DNA of 64,000 nucleotides from a bacterium (GTDB lineage: Bacteria; Patescibacteriota; Patescibacteriia; UBA10025): assembly GCA_021815445.1 (NCBI GenBank), contig JAKAGM010000001.1:403710-467709 (forward strand), read 5' to 3'. Position 1 is the first letter of the stretch. The number at the start of each line of letters is the position of its first letter. The notes under the pieces are model-generated. The model was not told where the DNA came from and did not search any database. It saw only the letters and a program-made list of their open reading frames with translations. Made by a program: the position numbers and the translations under genes. Positions 55,914 through 64,000 of this stretch are shown here, piece after piece.

Positions 55914-56938
55914 TTAAGGTATTTCTGCTTATTGGCCAAATGCTCTTCGTAGGTCGTGCTGAAGACAGTCGATCCGTCGGGCTTGGTAAGAAAATAGAGA
56001 TATGCGGACTTTGTGGGGTTGGCAACAGCTTCGAGAGATGCAAGCGAAGGATTATCTATCGGGCCCGGGGGGAGTCCTTTGACCTTATAGGTATTATACG
56101 GGGAATCCGTGGCCACATCGTCATTGGTCGGCTGAAGGGCCTGTTTGCCGGTGACATAATTCACAGTCGCGTCGGACTGGAGGGGCATGCCCTGCTTGAG
56201 ACGCTCCAAAAAAATTCCGGCGGCGATGTGCCTGTCTTCAGCGGTTCGGACTTCTTTTTCCACGATGCTCGCAAGTGTTACAGCCTGATATACAGTGAGT
56301 CCCTCGGCTTTGACCTCCGAGCGCATTTCCTGGGTGAATTTCTTGCCGAATGTATCGAGCATTTTTTCTACTATTTGGTCGGCTCGCGTATTTTTATATA
56401 ACCTGTACGTATCCGGGAAAAGGTAGCCCTCGAGCCCCGCTGTCGCCGGCTTATCGGCCAAAAAATCGTAGTTCTTGTCAGGAATGAGCTTGCGCGTGTC
56501 AGCAGTTTCGGCGGCCAGTATGAACTCCTGTGAGGTAACAACGCCTTTCTTTTTGAGGTATTCTGCGATCTCCTGAGTAGTCCACCCTTCGAGAATTGTT
56601 ATCTGCTGTTCCTGGGAAACGAGACCGCTGGTCAGGACATGCACGATATCGCGGATAGGCTGCGATGGGGAAAGGTCGTAGGTACCCGCGACAAAACGGG
56701 ACCCCGAACCGTCGAGACGGACGAAAATTCGAAAATCAGTCGCACTGGCAATAATCCCCTGCTGTTGCAGCGCGTCGGCAACAGCGCCTGCCGATGCGCC
56801 CTCGTCGACGGTAAAAAACTTTGTAGGAGCGTATCCTGCTACAGGCGTCGATACTTTATGCCAGAATGTCCACCCGGCTATTCCGGCGCCCGCTGCAGCA
56901 AGCGCGATAATAATGCTGACAACGAAAAGCTTCCTCAT
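55910..56938 (-). CDS. mltG: endolytic murein transglycosylase MltG (YceG-like)
   Basis: 342 aa. N-terminal TM helix and YceG-like domain (GYLFPDTYRL, VTLASIVEKE). Confidence 0.8.
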   Translation of the reverse strand: MRKLFVVSIIIALAAAGAGIAGWTFWHKVSTPVAGYAPTKFFTVDEGASAGAVADALQQQGIIASATDFRIFVRLDGSGSRFVAGTYDLSPSQPIRDIVHVLTSGLVSQEQQITILEGWTTQEIAEYLKKKGVVTSQEFILAAETADTRKLIPDKNYDFLADKPATAGLEGYLFPDTYRLYKNTRADQIVEKMLDTFGKKFTQEMRSEVKAEGLTVYQAVTLASIVEKEVRTAEDRHIAAGIFLERLKQGMPLQSDATVNYVTGKQALQPTNDDVATDSPYNTYKVKGLPPGPIDNPSLASLEAVANPTKSAYLYFLTKPDGSTVFSTTYEEHLANKQKYLK

Positions 56939-56954
56939 GAACGCGCTGAATGGA

Positions 56955-58028
56955 TTAGAGATAGCGCAGCCATTTCTTTTTTTTGATTATTTCAACTATT
57001 TTTTTGACGTCCTGCGCGTGTTCCCTGTCGCACACGAGCACGGCGTCCTGTGTATTAATCACCAGCAAATCCTCGACGCCGGCTGTGGCGACAAGCTTGT
57101 CCGAGAAATTAAGTATCATACTGTTGTGAGTTGCCACCCCGACATGCTTCCCGCGCACGGTATTCCCTCCGGGGTCGCTGTCCATCATCTCGTGCACGGT
57201 GCGCCAATGTCCGATGTCCGCCCAACCGAGTGATGCCGGAACCACCAGCATTTTCTTCAGCTTTTCCATAATGCCGTAATCAATGGAAACGGCGGGCATT
57301 TTTGGAAATTCTTTCTTTATGACAGATGCTTCATGAGCCGTCCCCAGCGATCGCTGGATATTCATTAAAATACGGTAATGGACAGGCATAAATTTTTTAT
57401 AGAGCTCGAGAAGCGTATCAACGCGCCATGCGAACATCGCGGGATTCCACAGGTACTCCCATCGCTTCACATACAGCTTGGCGTGGGCAATATCGGGTTT
57501 CTCGATAAAACGATCCGCGTAATATATCTTATGTCTGCCTACAGTCTGGTAACGGCGGGAGAGTTTGATGTAGCCATACCCGGTTTCAGGATATGTCGGC
57601 TCAATTCCTACAAGGACGGAATAACCGGGATTTTTTTTGATAACCGCCTCAACCTGCCCTGCCGTCCGACGATACGCACTTTCATCCAGGACGACATGAT
57701 CGGCGTTCACGGTAAAAAGAATCTCATGCGGATCTTTTTTCGCTATGCGGATCGCCGCGAGACCGATTGCCGCCGCAGTCTCACGCTTCGCGGGCTCATA
57801 TGAGTAATGAATTGGCAGCCCGCCAAGCTGATGTGTAATAAGCGGCGCGTGGCGGATGTTCGTGGCAATGAGAATATTCTGCAATGAAAAAATTTTTCGT
57901 GTGCGGCGAAATGTCCGCTGGAGCAACGTCTCTTTGCCCAAGAAGCTTTTGAGCTGTTTAGGAGAATCGCGGCGCGATAACGGCCACAACCGCGTTCCTC
58001 CCCCTCCGGCTAATATCACTGCTATCAT
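56955..58028 (-). CDS. mannose-1-phosphate guanylyltransferase-like nucleotidyltransferase
   Basis: 357 aa. N-terminal MIAVILAGGGGTRLWPLSRRDSPKQ. Confidence 0.8.
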   Translation of the reverse strand: MIAVILAGGGGTRLWPLSRRDSPKQLKSFLGKETLLQRTFRRTRKIFSLQNILIATNIRHAPLITHQLGGLPIHYSYEPAKRETAAAIGLAAIRIAKKDPHEILFTVNADHVVLDESAYRRTAGQVEAVIKKNPGYSVLVGIEPTYPETGYGYIKLSRRYQTVGRHKIYYADRFIEKPDIAHAKLYVKRWEYLWNPAMFAWRVDTLLELYKKFMPVHYRILMNIQRSLGTAHEASVIKKEFPKMPAVSIDYGIMEKLKKMLVVPASLGWADIGHWRTVHEMMDSDPGGNTVRGKHVGVATHNSMILNFSDKLVATAGVEDLLVINTQDAVLVCDREHAQDVKKIVEIIKKKKWLRYL

Positions 58029-58035
58029 AGTTTTT

Positions 58036-58749
58036 TTATGCTCCCCATTCTGACGGGATAAGCGGAACGAATTGGAATCCTGGGAAACGTTTTTGAGTCA
58101 TTTCGGTTTTAGAAATTTTGTCCATGCGGACAATGTCCTGCTCGTACTCTCCATGAGGGATCACGAGCCTGCCCCCGACTTTGAGCTGGTCAACAAGATC
58201 CTGTGGGATCTCCTTCGCTCCCGCGCCAACAATAATCTTATCATACGGAGCCCCTTCTTCATATCCCCTCGTGCCGTCGCCCACAATAAACGCCACATTC
58301 GGGAGCGGGTATTTTTGGACATTGGCTTTTCCAAACTCCAAAAGCGGGCGAATGCGTTCGATGGCAATAACTTTTCCTGCCTTCCCCACGATCCAGGCGA
58401 GTAGCGCCGTTTGCCATCCTGATCCGGAACCGACATCGAGAATAATGTCCCCGACTCTCGGCTCGAGTAATTCAAGCATAAAAGCTACTGTCAGCGGCTG
58501 GGAGATGGTCTGCCCATACCCGATAGGCAACGGAGAATTCACCGGAGCATCCTGCCGCAAGTCCGGCGCGACAAAATCCGCCCGATCAATATGACGGAAC
58601 GCGTCAATAATGCGCGGGGTCAGCAAGTACCCTTCGGCGATCAATTGCTCTATAAGTGTGTCTTTCCTCGCCGGATCCATTAATGAAAGTATATCAGATG
58701 TGCTTCCGTGCGAAAAGGAAAAAAGCCCCGGGCTTGCGCAAAGCGCCAA
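58036..58749 (-). CDS. pcm: protein-L-isoaspartate O-methyltransferase
   Basis: Pre-motif GYGQTISQPLTVAFMLELL and motif I ILDVGSGSGWQTALLA. Confidence 0.85.
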   Translation of the reverse strand: MALCASPGLFSFSHGSTSDILSLMDPARKDTLIEQLIAEGYLLTPRIIDAFRHIDRADFVAPDLRQDAPVNSPLPIGYGQTISQPLTVAFMLELLEPRVGDIILDVGSGSGWQTALLAWIVGKAGKVIAIERIRPLLEFGKANVQKYPLPNVAFIVGDGTRGYEEGAPYDKIIVGAGAKEIPQDLVDQLKVGGRLVIPHGEYEQDIVRMDKISKTEMTQKRFPGFQFVPLIPSEWGA

Positions 58750-58992
58750 ACTCTGCTAACTATTACTCGGGTAATAGGAATCATTCTTAGTTTGCACAGA
58801 TCTTGACAAAGGAAACATTCTATTACTTAATGCACTGCGCTATGTGCATAAGGTGTGCGCAAGGATACGTTGTTGATAACATGTAAGTTGTGGTTTAATT
58901 CAAGTTCCCTCCGAGTTCCTTCTTTGGATACTTCCGACCCCCTATATTTAAAGGGAAATCGCGAAAGTCCCTCACTTTAACTCAAAAAAATT

Positions 58993-60741
58993 TTGATTCC
59001 CTTCCTTTCCAACGACAATCAGTATACCCAACTTTGGAAAGCTATCGAACACGACGGCTTGGTTTCGAGCGATCAGTTTAAAGATGCCACAAAACAGGCA
59101 AAAAAAGAGGGGCGGCACATCGCAGAGATTCTCATGACCAACCATGAATCCCTGCAAACCAAGCTTTTGCACGCTTTTTCGGAATACTACGAGATCCCTG
59201 AAGTGCATCTGAAAAACAGAGTTATCGCTCCGTACATTCTCCAGATGATACCTAAAGAGTTGGCGGAAGAACATTCGGTCGTTATCTTTAAGAAAATGAA
59301 GGATGTTATCTCCGTGGCAGTTACCAATCCGGAAAGCACGCAGACGCTTGCCTTTATTGAAAAGAAAACGGGACTCAAGCCCCAAGTATACCTGACCACG
59401 CCAGAAGATATCGCCTTTACTCTGAAACGGTATCAAACTGAGATTAAGAGTGAGTTTGCCCGCATCATCGATGACAGCATCAGTGAATCTCTTTCGCTCT
59501 ACGAGACACCCGACAAGCTGGCGGAGCACGTGCCGATTATCAAAATAGTGGATTCAATCTTCGATAGGGCGGTCTCCCAGCGAGCATCTGATATTCACAT
59601 TGAGCCGCGGGAAGATACCATCTATGTTCGTTTCAGGATCGACGGTCTCTTGTCAAACATCGTAGACCTGCCTAAGGAACTCCTGCCGGCGCTGGCGACC
59701 CGCATTAAAATCATGGCGCACTTGAAAATCGACGAACATCGTCGTCCCCAGGACGGACGGTTAAAATTTTCTTCGATGAACCGCGATATTGCCATGCGGG
59801 TTTCTGTCATCCCCACCCTCCACGGAAGCAAAGTGGTACTCCGCCTCCTCGATACCAAGGAACAGCAGTTCACTCTGCGCAACCTCGGTTTTAATTCCCG
59901 CGATCTCAGTGTCATCAAAGGCGAGATGGTGAAGCCACACGGCATCATCCTCGTGACCGGACCGACAGGCTCCGGAAAGACCACGACGCTCTACAGCATC
60001 CTCCGCATGCTCAATAAAGAAGAAGTGAACATCTGCACGATCGAGGATCCCATCGAGTACGGGCTCGAGGGAGTCAACCAGACGCAGGTATCGGCCGTCG
60101 CGGGCTTAACGTTCGCCAACGGTCTCCGGTCCCTGCTCAGGCAGGATCCCGATATCATCATGGTGGGCGAGATCCGAGATACTGAGACGGCGGACATGGC
60201 CTACAACGCCGCCATGACAGGGCATCTCGTGCTCTCCACGCTCCATACGAACAACGCCTTTCTCGCCATTCAGAGACTTGTCGAGATGGGCATCGAACCT
60301 TTCCTGACCGCGTCAATTACTAATCTGATCATCGGCCAGCGCCTCGTCCGTCGGATTTGCGCGCACTGCAAGACTGCGTACCATTCAACGCCGAAAGTCC
60401 TGGAAGATTACACGGCTATTTTTGCCATTCCCGACATCATACGAAAACTGCAGGATAATAAAATTATTGATGCCGAATTGCCGATCAACCGGCTTCAGCT
60501 TTTTTATGGCAAAGGATGCGAGCGTTGCAACGGCACCGGCTATCGCGGACGCGTCGGCATTTATGAAGTCGTAAAGATGAGCGAGGCGCTCTCCCATGTC
60601 ATATTAAAGAATCCCTCCCAGGACAATGTGAGGCACCAGGCGGTGCAGGACGGCACGCTCACAATGACTGAAGACGGTATTATGAAAGTGCTTTCCGGCA
60701 TCACCACGTTCGAAGAAGTTTTACGTGTAACTAAACAATAA
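58993..60741 (+). CDS. pilB: type IV pilus assembly ATPase PilB (GspE family)
   Basis: 582 aa. Walker A LVTGPTGSGKTTTL, Asp box, Walker B IIMVGEIRD, tetracysteine CAHC...CERCNGTG. Confidence 0.9.
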   Translation: MIPFLSNDNQYTQLWKAIEHDGLVSSDQFKDATKQAKKEGRHIAEILMTNHESLQTKLLHAFSEYYEIPEVHLKNRVIAPYILQMIPKELAEEHSVVIFKKMKDVISVAVTNPESTQTLAFIEKKTGLKPQVYLTTPEDIAFTLKRYQTEIKSEFARIIDDSISESLSLYETPDKLAEHVPIIKIVDSIFDRAVSQRASDIHIEPREDTIYVRFRIDGLLSNIVDLPKELLPALATRIKIMAHLKIDEHRRPQDGRLKFSSMNRDIAMRVSVIPTLHGSKVVLRLLDTKEQQFTLRNLGFNSRDLSVIKGEMVKPHGIILVTGPTGSGKTTTLYSILRMLNKEEVNICTIEDPIEYGLEGVNQTQVSAVAGLTFANGLRSLLRQDPDIIMVGEIRDTETADMAYNAAMTGHLVLSTLHTNNAFLAIQRLVEMGIEPFLTASITNLIIGQRLVRRICAHCKTAYHSTPKVLEDYTAIFAIPDIIRKLQDNKIIDAELPINRLQLFYGKGCERCNGTGYRGRVGIYEVVKMSEALSHVILKNPSQDNVRHQAVQDGTLTMTEDGIMKVLSGITTFEEVLRVTKQ

Positions 60742-60750
60742 CAAAAAACT

Positions 60751-61959
60751 ATGGCCATATTTTTCTACACCGCTCTCGATAAAGCCAACTCATACGTGAA
60801 AGGTAAAATTGAGGCAAAGAATGACCGCCAGGCATACCAGCAATTGGAGAAAGAAGGTTTTATGGTCGTGAATGTCCAGCGCGAACTCCGTTCAAGATGG
60901 GAAAAAATAAACAGCATCCTCCAGCCCGTCAGCCGGCTTGACAGGATTTTTTTCACGCGGCATCTCTTTACTATGCTTGAATCCGGCATGGGTTTGGACC
61001 AGGCGGTCAAAGTCACGGCTGAGCAAACGACAAACGAGCGGTTTCGCGAGGTGCTTATGGATATCCACCGAAGAGTGCAGAAGGGCGAGTCATTTCACTC
61101 AAGCCTCGCGAAGCACGAGAAATATTTCAGCCATTTTTTCGTGAACTTTGTTAAAGTCGGCGAAGCGAGCGGCAAGCTCGACGAAGTGCTCGGCTACCTC
61201 CTCGAACAGCAGGAAAAAGACAATGACCTCTTCACCCAGGCGCGGAGCGCGATGCTTTATCCCTCTATTATTGTGACGGCGCTTTTTTTCATCGTTACCC
61301 TCATGATGGTTTTTGTTATTCCAAAAATCACTTCCATCCTCACCGAATACCATGTCAAGCTTCCGCTTGCCACGCGGATTCTTATCGGCACGAGCAACTT
61401 CCTCCTCCACTACGGCATTTTCCTCATCCCCGTGGTAGCGGTGGCTATTTATTTCTTTAATAAATGGAAAAAGAGCAAAAGGGGCAAATGGTATTGGGAC
61501 GGCTTCCTCCTCTCGATCCCCCGTCTCAAAGTGGTCATCATACAGTTTAATCTCGCGCGGTTCGCGCGGACGATGAGCGCACTCCTGAAGAGCGGCGTCA
61601 TCATCGATCAGGCGGTGAAACTTTCAAGCGAAGTCCTGAATAACAGCCGTTTCCGCTCATCGCTTACGGAGGGCATCGGCTTCATCCAAAAGGGCATTCC
61701 TCTCGCCGAGGTGCTCAAGGGCCATCCGAAAATTTATCCTCCCCTGGCAATCCGGATGGTGGAGGTCGGCGAAAAAACCGGAAAGATCGACCATATGTTC
61801 GGCCGCCTCGCAGTGTTCTATGAGCGCTCAGTAAGCTCGACGATGACAAACCTTGCTTCTATTATTGAGCCGGTCCTTCTCCTGTGCATCGGATTTACCG
61901 TGGGCTTCGTGGCCATTTCTGTTTTAACGCCCATTTGGAAATTTTCAGAAACAGTTTAA
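60751..61959 (+). CDS. pilC: type IV pilus inner-membrane platform protein PilC (GspF family)
   Basis: 402 aa. Duplicated GspF domains, 3 TM helices. Confidence 0.88.
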   Translation: MAIFFYTALDKANSYVKGKIEAKNDRQAYQQLEKEGFMVVNVQRELRSRWEKINSILQPVSRLDRIFFTRHLFTMLESGMGLDQAVKVTAEQTTNERFREVLMDIHRRVQKGESFHSSLAKHEKYFSHFFVNFVKVGEASGKLDEVLGYLLEQQEKDNDLFTQARSAMLYPSIIVTALFFIVTLMMVFVIPKITSILTEYHVKLPLATRILIGTSNFLLHYGIFLIPVVAVAIYFFNKWKKSKRGKWYWDGFLLSIPRLKVVIIQFNLARFARTMSALLKSGVIIDQAVKLSSEVLNNSRFRSSLTEGIGFIQKGIPLAEVLKGHPKIYPPLAIRMVEVGEKTGKIDHMFGRLAVFYERSVSSTMTNLASIIEPVLLLCIGFTVGFVAISVLTPIWKFSETV

Positions 61960-61989
61960 CGCGTCGGTGCGATATATCTTGAGAATACT

Positions 61990-62427
61990 ATGAAAAGACC
62001 AACCGGATTTACACTCATTGAGCTCCTTGTCGTGATTGCAATCGTCGGCACATTGAGCGCAATCGCCGTTCCGTCATACCAGCTGATGCGAAAAAACGTC
62101 GCTCTTTCAAGCTACACCCAGGAAATTGTCAGTGCATTGCGTCTCGCACAGAATCGTTCAATCAGCTCACAAGGCGGAGTTACCCACGGAGTTCATTTTG
62201 ACGCTACTCAATATTCTGTGTATGACGGCACCTGGCCCGCAGCAAGCCCTCAAGTCAACACGCTTCAGGATGGCGTTCAAGTGGTGAGTGGCGCACCCGG
62301 GAACATAGAGTTCAAGCACCTGACTGGCGAAACAGCCGATGGGGTGGATCATACGTTTCAGATCGGTTTTCCCGGTGGCAGATCAAGTACAATCACCATT
62401 AAGGCTAACGGCAGCATTTCATCATAA
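61990..62427 (+). CDS. prepilin-type N-terminal cleavage/methylation domain protein (pilin/pseudopilin)
   Basis: MKRPTG|FTLIELLVVIAIVGTL class-III signal. Confidence 0.8.
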   Translation: MKRPTGFTLIELLVVIAIVGTLSAIAVPSYQLMRKNVALSSYTQEIVSALRLAQNRSISSQGGVTHGVHFDATQYSVYDGTWPAASPQVNTLQDGVQVVSGAPGNIEFKHLTGETADGVDHTFQIGFPGGRSSTITIKANGSISS

Positions 62428-62925
62428 ATGTCTACGCAACGAAGACATGGCATGAAATCACAAAGCGGGACCAGCGTCATTGAGGTACTCATCGCCCTCG
62501 CGATGGTGAGCATTATTATCGTGAGTATAGGCAACGTGCTCTCCTCCGTGCACGCACGGGATACGAGTACCGCGAATCGAGACCGCGCGCTTGCCTACGC
62601 GAAAGAATCGCTCGATATGGTTGCAGACATCCAAAAAGTCTCGCTCTTCCCTCCGGCTGTTTTACCCGCGAATCCTTTGCATCTCGCTCTCGTAGGATCA
62701 GCGTGGCAGCTCGTGGCTGGTCCCGAGAGTCTCGCAACCGCTCCGCCGTTTGATCGTCGGGAAATAAAAGTAGAAAACATGTGGCGGGACGTAAACGGTA
62801 ACCTCGCTGACCCAGGCACAGGATCAGTGGACTCATCGACAAAAAAAATAACGGCCACAGTCTTTTGGAGCGAAGGAGGAAAAGCAAAGCAGCTGAGCCT
62901 CTCTACGGTACTGACGAAGCAGTAA
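62428..62925 (+). CDS. prepilin-type minor pilin
   Basis: ...MKSQSG|TSVIEVLIALAMV, with Glu at +5. The true start may be the internal ATG at 62452. Confidence 0.65.
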   Translation: MSTQRRHGMKSQSGTSVIEVLIALAMVSIIIVSIGNVLSSVHARDTSTANRDRALAYAKESLDMVADIQKVSLFPPAVLPANPLHLALVGSAWQLVAGPESLATAPPFDRREIKVENMWRDVNGNLADPGTGSVDSSTKKITATVFWSEGGKAKQLSLSTVLTKQ

Positions 62926-62930
62926 AGCCT

Positions 62931-63440
62931 ATGAAACAAGCTCACAACACTACAAAAGGATTTACCCTTATTGAGCTGATGATTTATATCAGTATCGTAA
63001 CTGCCGCATTACTCGTCTTTACAAATTTCATGGTTGATGTCACCCACAACGCAGCCAAAGCGAAGGTTGCGAAAGAGGTTCAGCAAAATGCCCGGCTGAT
63101 TATGGCAAAAATGACGCAGGAGATCCGTTCGGGCTCAAGTGTCAATCGAACTGAGCTAGCTCACGGTAAACTCATCATTACCAAAGGAACATCAACGATT
63201 ACGTTCGCACGCAGCGGAGATGACATCACCTATGACGACAGCGCTGATGGACTGCCCGTTGAAACACTCACGAACCAGTTTGTGAAGGTAACGGACTTTA
63301 CTCTAGCCGAGAGCGGCACTAATGGCATTTCAATTCATATGACTATTCAACAAAAAGGCGATACTACGGCATCAGCTGGTTATGAGAGGGACCAAGTCTC
63401 CCTGTCATCCACTATCGTCCCCCGCTCAGCCCTGTACTAA
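62931..63440 (+). CDS. prepilin-type minor pilin
   Basis: Start placed at ATG 62931 (MKQAHNTTKG|FTLIELMIYISIV). The longer track ORF starts inside the previous gene. Confidence 0.7.
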   Translation: MKQAHNTTKGFTLIELMIYISIVTAALLVFTNFMVDVTHNAAKAKVAKEVQQNARLIMAKMTQEIRSGSSVNRTELAHGKLIITKGTSTITFARSGDDITYDDSADGLPVETLTNQFVKVTDFTLAESGTNGISIHMTIQQKGDTTASAGYERDQVSLSSTIVPRSALY

Positions 63441-63452
63441 TGGCTCCACAAA

Positions 63453-64000
63453 ATGAAACTCTCATCAGACAATAGAGGTGCAATCGCGATCATCACACTG
63501 TTAACGATCATGGTCTTCGCGATCATTGTTATGGCCACAGTGAGCGTTCTGGCAATTGATGACGCGCAGATGGGCAGCGCAGATATTGCCTCTGAGAAAA
63601 CTTTTTACGCCGCGGAAGCCGGCATTAATGAAGCGCTAAAACATATCAGCTTAAATCCGATCCCGGGAAATTTTGATCTGCCGCTCTCGGTAAGCGACGG
63701 AGTGCAGGTTCACATAGCCGTCGCGCCAAACCCCGCCGATCCTTACCAGCGCATTGTCACCTCCACAGCCGAGGACACGACCGGAAAGCAAAGAACGCTT
63801 GAGATTGTCGCTAATGCCACATCGTATGCCAGCAGTTTCGACTACGCCGTGCAGTCGGGGCAAGGCGGATTTAAGATGGCGAACGCAACGGTTATCGGCG
63901 ACCTTTTTTCTGACGGGTCAATAGATGCGGCAAATTCGTCGCAAATATTGGGAAACACATGGGTAGCCATCGAGGACCCGACACTGACCTATCCGCATCG
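63453..64000 (+). CDS. PilX-like minor pilin / pilus assembly protein, truncated by the window end
   Basis: ATG at 63453. MKLSSDNRGAIAIITLLTIMVFAIIVMATVSVLAIDDAQMGS resembles the PilX N-terminal domain. Open to position 64000 and therefore not in the ORF track. Confidence 0.5.
   Translation, partial: MKLSSDNRGAIAIITLLTIMVFAIIVMATVSVLAIDDAQMGSADIASEKTFYAAEAGINEALKHISLNPIPGNFDLPLSVSDGVQVHIAVAPNPADPYQRIVTSTAEDTTGKQRTLEIVANATSYASSFDYAVQSGQGGFKMANATVIGDLFSDGSIDAANSSQILGNTWVAIEDPTLTYPH

Noticed and set aside
1-64000. CRISPR arrays, rRNA genes, intact tRNA genes
   Set aside because: No regularly spaced short direct repeats with unique spacers were seen. There is no rRNA-like conserved sequence, and no complete cloverleaf could be found by eye in any intergenic gap.

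Overview
The window is a gene-dense, mostly minus-strand bacterial fragment of about 55% GC with several AT-rich islets (about 36-42% GC). A reduced, fermentative and probably CPR/Patescibacteria-like organism is plausible but is only an inference. Positions 1-6.4 kb form a lower-glycolysis block: pgk, eno, two tandem iPGM paralogues and an ADP-forming acetyl-CoA synthetase that runs off the left edge and is missing from the ORF track. From 9.4 to 19.5 kb there is a long 7TM-GAF sensor histidine kinase, then a methyltransferase-like gene, then three tandem kinase-less 7TM-GAF paralogues; together these lie in a low-GC stretch that starts inside the kinase gene. Around 24-28 kb sits a pair of ABC exporters. 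At 29-31 kb a low-GC helicase gene lies next to a tRNA 3'-end-like remnant. At 31.7-32.9 kb an IS200-like/RAYT tyrosine transposase carries an in-frame REP-like palindromic insertion and is flanked by related hairpin repeats. Positions 35.3-39.6 kb hold a three-copy intergenic paired-palindrome element (GGATTC-N-GAATCC cores) around purH and a fused hydroxyacyl-CoA dehydrogenase/hydratase; the third copy has a 62-nt nested insertion. Further right come the dcw genes mraZ-rsmH-ftsL-ftsI-murF with MraZ-box-like direct repeats, then lexA followed by a Y-family polymerase whose catalytic carboxylates look substituted (ImuB-like), then rplJ-rplL with a structured leader, and a type IV pilus cluster (pilB, pilC, three prepilins and a PilX-like gene cut by the window end). 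No rRNA, intact tRNA or CRISPR array was found. Domain and motif calls come from reading the translations and recalled family signatures; no database search was run.
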